63,136 bases of DNA from Thermoleophilia bacterium (GTDB lineage Bacteria; Actinomycetota; Thermoleophilia; Gaiellales; Gaiellaceae), in NCBI GenBank assembly GCA_025929425.1, contig JAICME010000001.1, positions 1 to 63,136 of the forward strand, in the 5' to 3' direction. Both the position numbers and the translations under genes were made by a program. Position 1 is the stretch's first letter. Every line of letters starts with the position of its first letter. Under the pieces are notes generated by a model, which made no database searches, was not told the origin of the DNA, and saw only the letters and a list, made by a program, of their open reading frames with translations. Shown here one piece after another: positions 8,048-15,489 of this stretch.

Positions 8048-8977
8048 ATGATCGAGAACAGCATCCAGCTCGGCGATCCGGTCGAGCACCGCGGCATCGT
8101 GATCGCGCCCCTCTTTCCCCGGCAGGATTCCATCGCCGAGTTCGTGACACTCGAAGAAGCGCTCCCACTCGGCTTTCGCATCACCGAGATCGACGCAGCG
8201 GGCTCCGTCCCCGAGCTCATAGCTTCCAATCCACTTGATTCGCCGGTTCTCCTGTACGACGGCGAAGAGCTGCTTGGGGCGAAGCAAAACCGAATACTCA
8301 ACGTCACGGTGCTCGTGGATGCGAAGAGCGAGACCCGAGTCCCAGTTTCGTGCGTCGAGCAGGGCCGCTGGCATGCCCAGAGCGCCACGTTCAGTGCGAC
8401 CAAACACACCGCATATCCGGATCTTCGCCGCCGCAAGGCAGAGCGCCTGAGCGCCTCGCCGATGTCGCCAGGCGTCGCCCAATCGGCAGTCTGGGAGGAG
8501 GTCGCCGCGAAGGCTGGCCGCCATGGTGTCCACTCGCCAACTGGGGCGCATGCCGACATCTATCGGAATCGTGCAGAGGAACTATCGCGCCTGCGGCGAG
8601 CATTCCCGCTCGTGCCCGGCCAGTCCGGTGCTGTGCTCGTACTGGGGGACGACCAGCTCTGCCTCGACTATTTGTCGCGACCCGCAGCCTTCGCCCGCCT
8701 CTACCCGAAGCTGCTCGACGGCTACCTCCTCGACGCACTAGATCGCCAAGGGAGGACAGCTTGCCCCGATCGGCTGACTGAGTTCATAGGCGCCGTCTCC
8801 GGTGCCAACCGGCACGACTCATCCTCGGTCGGGCTCGGTAAGGACCTTCGCCTAGCTGGCGATGACGTGGTCGGCTCAGGCCTCGCGCTCAACGAGGAGC
8901 TGCTTCAGCTATCCGCATTCACACGCGATGCTCACCGCCCGGTGACGCGCATCGGGCCTCCGAGCCGCCGCCATTGA
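8048..8977 (+). CDS. Conserved uncharacterised protein (recalled as DUF6569-like family; unverified)
   Basis: Start chosen at ATG 8048, 5 nt after GGAG; the ORF is open from 7991. The strings SVPELIASNPLDSPVLLYDGEELLGAKQNRILNVTVLV...TRVPVSCVEQGRW and SGAVLVLGDDQLCLDYLSRPAAFARLYPKLLDGYLLDAL match a widespread bacterial family of unknown function. Confidence 0.65.
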   Translation: MIENSIQLGDPVEHRGIVIAPLFPRQDSIAEFVTLEEALPLGFRITEIDAAGSVPELIASNPLDSPVLLYDGEELLGAKQNRILNVTVLVDAKSETRVPVSCVEQGRWHAQSATFSATKHTAYPDLRRRKAERLSASPMSPGVAQSAVWEEVAAKAGRHGVHSPTGAHADIYRNRAEELSRLRRAFPLVPGQSGAVLVLGDDQLCLDYLSRPAAFARLYPKLLDGYLLDALDRQGRTACPDRLTEFIGAVSGANRHDSSSVGLGKDLRLAGDDVVGSGLALNEELLQLSAFTRDAHRPVTRIGPPSRRH

Positions 8978-9031
8978 GGTCGAACGCATTGAGGACTGAC
9001 ACCTCTCGTTGGGCGGGCCGTCTGGCCCTCG

Positions 9032-9616
9032 TCAGATTCCCCAAGCGGAGTCGTCTTCCGTTGCGTCGGAGGACCCCACCAGCTCAAACTGACGCAGATC
9101 GAAGCCGAAAGAGTGCCGGGCGTTCCCACGATCATCGAGCAATCGGTTGAGGTAGTCGTGACCGCGGACAGACCCGACCTCGATCGAGTGCCGAAGAGCA
9201 GGGAATGACGCGCGCCATACACCATGGATCCGGTCGACTTTATAGCTAGCTCCGCCGATGTCCCTGCGGGTTTCTTGCCAGTCGATCCAGAAGTAGATGT
9301 CCAGAGACGGGTAGTGCTCGCAGTAGCGCTCATAGTCCTTCCGGTTGAAGGTGACTGCGTACCGGGGATCAATCCCAAAGCGCTCACGTGCTTTGAAAAA
9401 CGGCGTCCGTTGGCACTTCAGATCGGCGAGATGCCCTTCGACAAGGAGGTCGGGCGCATAGGGATCCTGCGCCTTCGCGGGATTAAGCACGGCCTGGAAT
9501 CCGAGCGCCGGGAGGACACGTTGGACAAAGGTCCACTCCTTCTCGCGTCCTGCCTCGACCCAATAGCGCTTGTCTTGAGGCGAGACGCCCATCTCGCTCA
9601 CCCGTATCGGCGGCAC
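9032..9616 (-). CDS. PD-(D/E)xK nuclease-fold-like hypothetical protein
   Basis: 194 aa. The ordered motif is E(KEW)...APD-LLVEGHLA-DLK (PD...D-x-K), with the spacing expected of restriction-endonuclease-like cores. No adjacent methyltransferase. Confidence 0.5.
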   Translation of the reverse strand: MPPIRVSEMGVSPQDKRYWVEAGREKEWTFVQRVLPALGFQAVLNPAKAQDPYAPDLLVEGHLADLKCQRTPFFKARERFGIDPRYAVTFNRKDYERYCEHYPSLDIYFWIDWQETRRDIGGASYKVDRIHGVWRASFPALRHSIEVGSVRGHDYLNRLLDDRGNARHSFGFDLRQFELVGSSDATEDDSAWGI

Positions 9617-9907
9617 AGCCGAAATGGGTTAGGCGCCCGTGGACGAAACCCTCGTCCGCGTAGGTGCCGCCGTCTCACTCGCCGCAGGCCTACTTGCGCG
9701 AGAATCGCCTCGTGAACGGCGAGCTGATCGGTGATCGGGAGAAGCGGCGATCCCGATACGCGACGTTCTGGGCGTGTGGTTGGGTCGAAGCGGCTCGAGG
9801 ATGAACTTCATGGACTCGCGTAGCTATATCGCCGTCACTGACGAAGCCGCTTGCCTCGGCGAAGGTGGCAGTTTCCCTAATACTCGAACAACGTCCCAGC
9901 AGCCCTG

Positions 9908-10759
9908 ATGCCTCTCCGCCGCCCACAATCACAAGCGCCTGGAGAAGCCGTAGGGCCCCCGATCCCGTGGCCCCGCTTGCTCGTCGCTGCCCTTGGCCTT
10001 GCGTTCCTCGCCTACGGCTGCCTTCTTGCATGGAAGGCATCGTCGGCAGATCTTGTCCTCGGGGTTGGGGCGGTACTCTTGCTCCTAGCTTTTCTGGTTC
10101 CGGCCGACTGGCGGAAATTGACAGTCGGACTTCCAGGCGGTGGATCGCTCGAGGTCGAACGGGCAGAAGCTGCGCAGGAGGCCCTCCGGAGCCTCCCACA
10201 CGAGTTGCAGCAAGAGATCGTCCAGGCCGAAGCCCTACCCGAACTCGAAGCTCCAGCAGAGGCCGTGGCCAACGAAGGCGGCGATGGAGACGGGGTGGCG
10301 GCCGGACAGCCCGAGCCAGCGCCCGCGCCGCCTGCTGAACCTGCCGAGTCGCCCGCGGAACGACTTGCGCGGTTCTTGATCACCCAAGATGCGTTCGCCA
10401 CACACGAAACGGCGACGCGATGGCTTCAGTTGAGGCTCAAGCGCAGGGTGGATTTGGCCTCCTCGCCGACGCCGGTCACCTGCGCGGTGCGCAAGGCCGG
10501 CGGCGGTTGGGCTGTCGGGGTGCCCCGCCTTACTGGGGCGGGTGATCCCCCCAGGCTCTTCGGGACGACAACCGTCGCTCGAGCAGGGACATGGCTCGAG
10601 TATCAGGCCGTCTTCCCGGACTTCTTCATGGAAGCCGGCGCTGACGTCGAGGTGGAGTTCCCTCCTGGCGAGTATGTCGTTTACTGGGGCACGCCGACTT
10701 CGACCGGCGGGGTGCACCTGCTCGCCACCGACCGCTTCGGTTGGCCGCCGGGGGCCTAG
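9908..10759 (+). CDS. Hypothetical membrane-anchored protein (2 TM, acidic Pro/Glu/Ala linker, about 130-aa C-terminal domain)
   Basis: 283 aa. TM helices are LLVAALGLAFLAYGCLLAW and VLGVGAVLLLLAFLV. The linker is EALPELEAPAEAVANEGGDGDG...PAPAPPAEPAESPAE. No family recognised. Confidence 0.5.
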   Translation: MPLRRPQSQAPGEAVGPPIPWPRLLVAALGLAFLAYGCLLAWKASSADLVLGVGAVLLLLAFLVPADWRKLTVGLPGGGSLEVERAEAAQEALRSLPHELQQEIVQAEALPELEAPAEAVANEGGDGDGVAAGQPEPAPAPPAEPAESPAERLARFLITQDAFATHETATRWLQLRLKRRVDLASSPTPVTCAVRKAGGGWAVGVPRLTGAGDPPRLFGTTTVARAGTWLEYQAVFPDFFMEAGADVEVEFPPGEYVVYWGTPTSTGGVHLLATDRFGWPPGA

Positions 10760-11003
10760 GTCATCCGCGAGGTTGCTCGGCTCGAACCAGTGAACCCCAG
10801 CTTCCGACACTGGCCAACCCAGCTCAGGCGTTTCGCGCTGGCGAGTAGTTGAGCTGAAAGGCCGCGAGGGCTCAAGTGCTACTGCGGATACGCCGGCGGT
10901 ACGGCCCAGGGTCGCGCCTCGTGCAGCCCTGCTTTGAGGAATCCTTAGCCAACCCGCTGAGTCTTCAGCTAGTCCGCCTCCCCTCAATGCTAGTCGGGCT
11001 CCC

Positions 11004-13148
11004 TTGCACCGGCCTTCCGACCCCGTCGAGTGGCAATCACGGCCCGGGTCGGCATATCCTCGTTCTGTGGCGATCGACGCCTCGGAGCTGCGACACGGCC
11101 GCGTTCGCGGGCGCTACTTTCGCGAGAACTTCGCGCAGGCGGGAATCGATCTCACGCAGATCATCCCCGAGCTCGTGACCAACGCTGACGCTGCAATAGC
11201 CGCGGCAGGACGCGAGCGCGGCCGGATCCACCTGCGAATCGGACCTGCGGATCGGGAATTCCAGCAGGCGTGGAAGGCTTCCCTCCGTAAGCTCCGTCTA
11301 CCGGCACTGCGCAGCTGGCGCTACGAGCTCGTCTGTTCCGATGACGGCGAAGGCGTCGACGCCGACGCTGTGGATCAGCGTCTCGGCGCACTCGGAGTCG
11401 TCCCGGAAAGCGAAGGTCAACGCGGTCTCTTCGGCCGCGGTCTGCGCGACGTCTGGCTCGCCCAAGGCGGCGGGCGCATCCAGGGCGTGCGCGGCGAGTG
11501 TGCCGTGGAGTCATGGTTCTTGCCTGCTGCCGGCGACGAACCGTACGTCTACACGCACGTCCTCGACGCTTCCGTCACACCCGCGATCCGTCACGAGCTC
11601 GGCATCCCACGCGAGGGGACACGAGTGACGGTGCCGCTGGCCGACGGGCGGCTCCCGCCCAACGCCCGCCTGCGCAGGCTGGTCTCCGACCTCGTGCAAC
11701 TGCGACCGATCCTCGAGGACGAGACCCGCGAGCTGCTGCTCGAACTGCCGGAAGAACCGCTGCAACTCATCCGCTACGGGCCGCCGGAGCCGGACCCGGA
11801 GCGGCCGCTCCTCTTAGATGAAGAGGTCGAGCTTCAGCGTGGCGTGACGGCGCGAATCCTCGTTCGCCGCGCCGCACAGCCAATACCACTCAACCCCGCC
11901 CGCGCCGCCCGCCGCGGCGGACTCGTCGTGCTATCAGGGCGCGCCGCGCACGAAACGACGCTCGCCGGGTTCGAAGCCCGTCCCGGCGCTCGACACCTGT
12001 ACGGCGAGGTTCGCTGCGAAGCGATCGAGCAGCTGCAGCGCGAGGCGCTCGAGACCCCACGACCGCAGGTCGTCGTCCGCGTCGACCGCAGCGGCCTCAA
12101 CGACGCCCATCCGCTCGTGCGCCGGCTGTACGCGCAGCTCGAGCGGATTCTGCGCCCGATCGTCGACGCAGAAGAACGGCGAGCCGGCGCTCGTTTAGTT
12201 CGCGCCGGCAGAGAGACCGCCGCCCGGGACGCGGTCGGGCTGCGCGCGCTCAACGACGCGCTCCGCACCGCCTTCGACGCCCCCGGGCGAGCCGGTTTTG
12301 CGCGGCGAGGCAGACCCACGGAGCAGCCGCCGCTCGAGGAGCGGGAGGAGCGGGAGGAGCGGGAGATCGTCCCACCGCCCTCTGCACCGCGCTCGTCTGC
12401 GGTCGTCGACGCCGCGATTCGCTTCAAGCAGTCGCCAGTACGCCTCCACCCGGGCGAGCAGCGGACCGTCTCGCTCCTCTTCGACCCGATGCGCGTCCCG
12501 GCTGGTACGCCAATCGACGTCGCCACGGACCCCGGCCTCTCGCTTTCGCTCTGGCGCAATGCCGTACCGCCACCGGTGTCAGGCGGATGGTCCCGTGTCA
12601 GCGGCAAGGTTCGGGCGCTCGTCTCCGCCGAACCCGGCTCGCAGCTGAGCGCCTTCGCCGAGGCTGGCGGCCATGACGCCGAGCTCGTCGTCGTTGTTGT
12701 CCGTCACCACGGGAGCGGCTGGGTGCGCGAGATCGCGCGCAAGGACGAGGATTCGCACGTCGAGGCCGAGTTCGAACCCGAGACGGGCATCGTCACGGTT
12801 TACGAAGGACGGCGCGAGTTCAAAGCCCTCGAGCGCGCTGCACGGCAGGCCGGCTTAGCACGCTCGCGCGTCCGCGAGTACGTCCCATACCGGATGCTCG
12901 AGGTCGAGGTCGCCGCCAACGCCCTCTACTGGTGGGCCGCAGAACGGATCCTGGAGCGGCGTCTTCCGGGCGAGCGACCAGCCGACCCGGCTGAGTTCGC
13001 CGCCGTCGTGCGCATGGAGGCCCAGATGCTCCGCCACCGGTTCCACGACAAGTTGATGAAGGCTTTCCTGGGGCCTGAAGTCTTCGACGGAACGGTCGTC
13101 GTTGCGCAACAGCCGACGACGGCGAGCGAGCAGCTCCGCCTCGGTTGA
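11004..13148 (+). CDS. GHKL-superfamily ATPase (HATPase_c_3/MORC-like N-terminal domain) with about 500-aa uncharacterised C-terminal region
   Basis: The three Bergerat-fold motifs occur in order: ELVTNADAA (ExxxNxxD), CSDDGEGV (DxGxG) and RGLFGRGLRDVW (GxxGxG). The start is ambiguous: TTG 11004 or in-frame GTG 11067. Confidence 0.7.
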   Translation: MHRPSDPVEWQSRPGSAYPRSVAIDASELRHGRVRGRYFRENFAQAGIDLTQIIPELVTNADAAIAAAGRERGRIHLRIGPADREFQQAWKASLRKLRLPALRSWRYELVCSDDGEGVDADAVDQRLGALGVVPESEGQRGLFGRGLRDVWLAQGGGRIQGVRGECAVESWFLPAAGDEPYVYTHVLDASVTPAIRHELGIPREGTRVTVPLADGRLPPNARLRRLVSDLVQLRPILEDETRELLLELPEEPLQLIRYGPPEPDPERPLLLDEEVELQRGVTARILVRRAAQPIPLNPARAARRGGLVVLSGRAAHETTLAGFEARPGARHLYGEVRCEAIEQLQREALETPRPQVVVRVDRSGLNDAHPLVRRLYAQLERILRPIVDAEERRAGARLVRAGRETAARDAVGLRALNDALRTAFDAPGRAGFARRGRPTEQPPLEEREEREEREIVPPPSAPRSSAVVDAAIRFKQSPVRLHPGEQRTVSLLFDPMRVPAGTPIDVATDPGLSLSLWRNAVPPPVSGGWSRVSGKVRALVSAEPGSQLSAFAEAGGHDAELVVVVVRHHGSGWVREIARKDEDSHVEAEFEPETGIVTVYEGRREFKALERAARQAGLARSRVREYVPYRMLEVEVAANALYWWAAERILERRLPGERPADPAEFAAVVRMEAQMLRHRFHDKLMKAFLGPEVFDGTVVVAQQPTTASEQLRLG
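12336..12365 (+). repeat. In-frame 9-nt tandem repeat (GAGGAGCGG x3 + GAG) encoding EEREEREERE inside the GHKL gene
   Basis: Read directly from the sequence at 12336-12365. Confidence 0.9.
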
Positions 13149-13191
13149 CGAGGTCGAGGGGCAGTTCGAGCAGATCGCGCACTCCTACGCA

Positions 13192-13223
13192 CTGCCGGTA
13201 ACCAGACAGCCTGCGACCGGCAG
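13192..13223. terminator. Possible bidirectional hairpin between convergent GHKL and membrane-protein genes
   Basis: CTGCCGGT - 16 nt - ACCGGCAG. An 8-bp perfect stem with a long loop and no U-tract. Confidence 0.3.
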
Positions 13224-13226
13224 CTG

Positions 13227-14120
13227 TTAGCTCGTCGCACCCGTGGATGGGGTATCACCAAATCCTGCCCATCTACGGAGATCGGATAGCTGCACGGTCT
13301 CACTCGGAAGCCATCGCTGGTGGAGCGGGAGCTTAATCGTCGACCGGAGGCCATCAACCAGGACGTCCTGCATCGCCTGGAGCGTGTTTGCGCGGGCACG
13401 CCAGAGCACGAGGGCAGCTCCGAAGCCGAGCACAGACCATGCGAGGCCGGCAGCGAGCGCATCTACCCATCCACTCGGTATGGCATCCGCATGCACCGCG
13501 GCGTTATATGTGAATGCGACCAAGGTCGCCGTTAAGACTGCGTACCGCGATCCTCCGAGCGCGTGATAGGTCTCTGCTCGGCCCCCATATTCTCCCCGAA
13601 GGATCTCACTGTCGTCCTTATCCACGGCGTAGAGCATCAACCAGCGCACTGCCCGCCAGTTGGTCCGTCGCGCCAAGCGGTATGCGCGACGACCTTCTCG
13701 GGTGTTTTCCACTAGTTCGAATCGCCCCCGCGGCCCAACCTTCCAGATGCGTTTATCTGAGTTGAAAATCGCGCGTTCAGAGAGGTCTACCGTCAAACCT
13801 CGTTTGTCGACCACCGCGAGATGCTCGGGATCGAGCCGGGTCAAAACATTTCGCCCTCGATCGAGGGGGACAGGAAACCACGGAGACCAGGTCGCCATTC
13901 CGTCCCAGAGGAGGTAGTAGATCTGATTCATCAAGAATCCGAGTGGTACGCCGAGTGCGATGAGCAGCACTGCGATCCCCGAATCCAGTTGATGACCGAC
14001 AACGGCGCCCGCCACCTCACGCTTCGTGATCAGCGCGAGCATGAACTCGTCGAGGACCAACACCATGATCAGCACAGCGCCCGGGATGCTCCAGCGGATC
14101 AGTTGCCGCGAGGTGTCCAT
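13227..14120 (-). CDS. Hypothetical multi-pass membrane protein with central soluble domain
   Basis: 297 aa. N-terminal TMs are IPGAVLIMVLVLDEFMLALI and GIAVLLIALGVPLGFLM. C-terminal TMs are YAVLTATLVAFTY and ALAAGLAWSVLGFGAALVLW. It lies in the most AT-rich part of the island. Confidence 0.6.
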   Translation of the reverse strand: MDTSRQLIRWSIPGAVLIMVLVLDEFMLALITKREVAGAVVGHQLDSGIAVLLIALGVPLGFLMNQIYYLLWDGMATWSPWFPVPLDRGRNVLTRLDPEHLAVVDKRGLTVDLSERAIFNSDKRIWKVGPRGRFELVENTREGRRAYRLARRTNWRAVRWLMLYAVDKDDSEILRGEYGGRAETYHALGGSRYAVLTATLVAFTYNAAVHADAIPSGWVDALAAGLAWSVLGFGAALVLWRARANTLQAMQDVLVDGLRSTIKLPLHQRWLPSETVQLSDLRRWAGFGDTPSTGATS

Positions 14121-14186
14121 TCGCGCTGAACCGCTTTAGAGGACTCGACCGTTGAGCCCGGCCGACGCAAGGAGCGCGCGCGTCAT

Positions 14187-14423
14187 CTAGCCCGGCGGTG
14201 GGAACGGGTCATGGGCGGGAGGCACGGTGTCGCGCTTGCGGATCTGGCCACCGCGACTGTGCACAAGGAGCTCGCCGCCCCCGTCGCCGCGCAGGATTTG
14301 GCGCGCGCGATCGACGGCTCGCTCTTGCGTAGGGAGGATCGCACTCGCCCGCTTCGCGTGCGGCGCGACGACCTTCCACTGGTTCCCGTCCCGCACGACA
14401 TGCCGCTGGTTCTGCTTGTTCAT
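14187..14423 (-). CDS. DUF2188 domain protein
   Basis: 78 aa. HVVRDGNQWKVV..AKRASAILPTQERAVDRARQI....GGELLVHSRGGQIRKRDT follows the DUF2188 pattern as I recall it. Confidence 0.65.
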   Translation of the reverse strand: MNKQNQRHVVRDGNQWKVVAPHAKRASAILPTQERAVDRARQILRGDGGGELLVHSRGGQIRKRDTVPPAHDPFPPPG

Positions 14424-14543
14424 GCCACCTCCTAGAGTTGGAATTCTGATTGTAGCATGTTCGGATCATCATATCCACCTACAGTTCGTCGTCTCACTGT
14501 GCTACGATCTGACCATCCGAAACGCCGCAGGAGGTGAGATCGC

Positions 14544-14867
14544 TTGGAGAAGAGTCTTGAGAAGAGGTTGAGCGGCACGTTGCGCGATCGCGGTCAGATC
14601 ACGATCCCCAAGGAGATTCGGGAGGAGGCGCAGCTCGAGGAAGGCGCAGAGGTTGATTTCGAGGTTCGAGAACCCGGCGAAGTAGTGATCCGGCGCAAGA
14701 TCTCCTTTGACACCCTCGAGCTCGACGACGAGTTCGTCCATTCCGTGATCTCGTCGACGACTCAGGGATACGAGACCCTGCGCGCTGACGACACGGCGTG
14801 GGACTCGGAGCTCGAGGAGCGTGCTGTGCTCGAAGGGTCGCTCGGCGACGGGCTTTCCGAGGACTGA
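14544..14867 (+). CDS. mazE: AbrB/MazE/SpoVT-family antitoxin
   Basis: TTG start 8 nt after AGGAGG. It has a swapped-hairpin motif (RGQITIPKEIREEAQLEEGAEVDFEV) and an acidic C-terminal tail. The stop overlaps the mazF ATG. Confidence 0.8.
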   Translation: MEKSLEKRLSGTLRDRGQITIPKEIREEAQLEEGAEVDFEVREPGEVVIRRKISFDTLELDDEFVHSVISSTTQGYETLRADDTAWDSELEERAVLEGSLGDGLSED

Positions 14868-15244
14868 TGAGCGCACCGCATTGGGCAGAGGTCTGGGACG
14901 TTGACTTCGGCAATCCAGCCGGTCACGAGCAGGGCCGACAGCGGCCGGCGGTCGTCGTAAGCGCCGACTGGTTCAACGACACACGGGCGGAGTTGCACAT
15001 CGTCGTTCCAATCAGCGGCACCCTGCGCGGCAACATCGGCACGCACTATCGAATTGACGCGCCGTCCGGTGGCCTCGACGTTGACAGCGAGGCAATGTGC
15101 GAGCACCTCCGCTCCGTCTCGGCTGAGCGGTTCGTCCGCAAGCGTGGAGTGCTTGATCGGGCGCAGATGGACGAGCTGACAAAGCGGGTCAAGCTTTTGA
15201 TCTTGCAGGTGGCGCCGCCACGGCGGCGCGAAAGGGAAGGCTAG
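14867..15244 (+). CDS. mazF: MazF/PemK-family type II toxin (mRNA interferase)
   Basis: ATG 14867 overlaps the mazE TGA. The pattern is WDVDFGNPAGHEQGRQRPAVVVS...HIVVPISGT....THYRI.....GLDVDSEAMCEHLRSVSAERF. Confidence 0.85.
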   Translation: MSAPHWAEVWDVDFGNPAGHEQGRQRPAVVVSADWFNDTRAELHIVVPISGTLRGNIGTHYRIDAPSGGLDVDSEAMCEHLRSVSAERFVRKRGVLDRAQMDELTKRVKLLILQVAPPRRREREG

Positions 15245-15252
15245 GAATAAGC

Positions 15253-15489
15253 GTGCACATCTTCATCAACAGGCGAAAGATCGATGTGGCCGGTGGGATC
15301 ATGACTGGCGAGCAGATCTTGGTCGCCGGCGAGTACGGGCCTGACTACAACCTCTATCTACTCAAGGGCGAGGGTGACCCAAGCGGCGGTACGCCTGTTG
15401 GGCGTGAGGAGAACCTCGAGGTCAAGAACGGAATGCATTTCAGAGCAATCCCAGGGAACGCGAATTTTGGCAACCGCGGTCAGCGATAA
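15253..15489 (+). CDS. Beta-grasp ubiquitin-like protein, single 'multiubiquitin'-type domain
   Basis: GTG start 8 nt after the mazF stop. The 78-aa sequence IFINRRKIDVAGGIMTGEQILVAGEYGPDYNLYLLKG...PVGREENLEVKNGMHFRAIPGNANFG fits the bacterial Multiubiquitin family pattern. It ends ...FGNRGQR, with no terminal GG. Confidence 0.7.
   Translation: MHIFINRRKIDVAGGIMTGEQILVAGEYGPDYNLYLLKGEGDPSGGTPVGREENLEVKNGMHFRAIPGNANFGNRGQR

Noticed and set aside
7601-8551. A 316-aa minus-strand ORF spanning the sigma-like/DUF6569-like region, considered as a possible integrase-sized gene next to attL.
   Set aside because: It runs antisense to the well-supported 8048-8977 gene. It is Arg/Ser/Cys-rich with no recombinase motifs (no R..HxxR..Y pattern). 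It is a typical shadow ORF of high-GC DNA.
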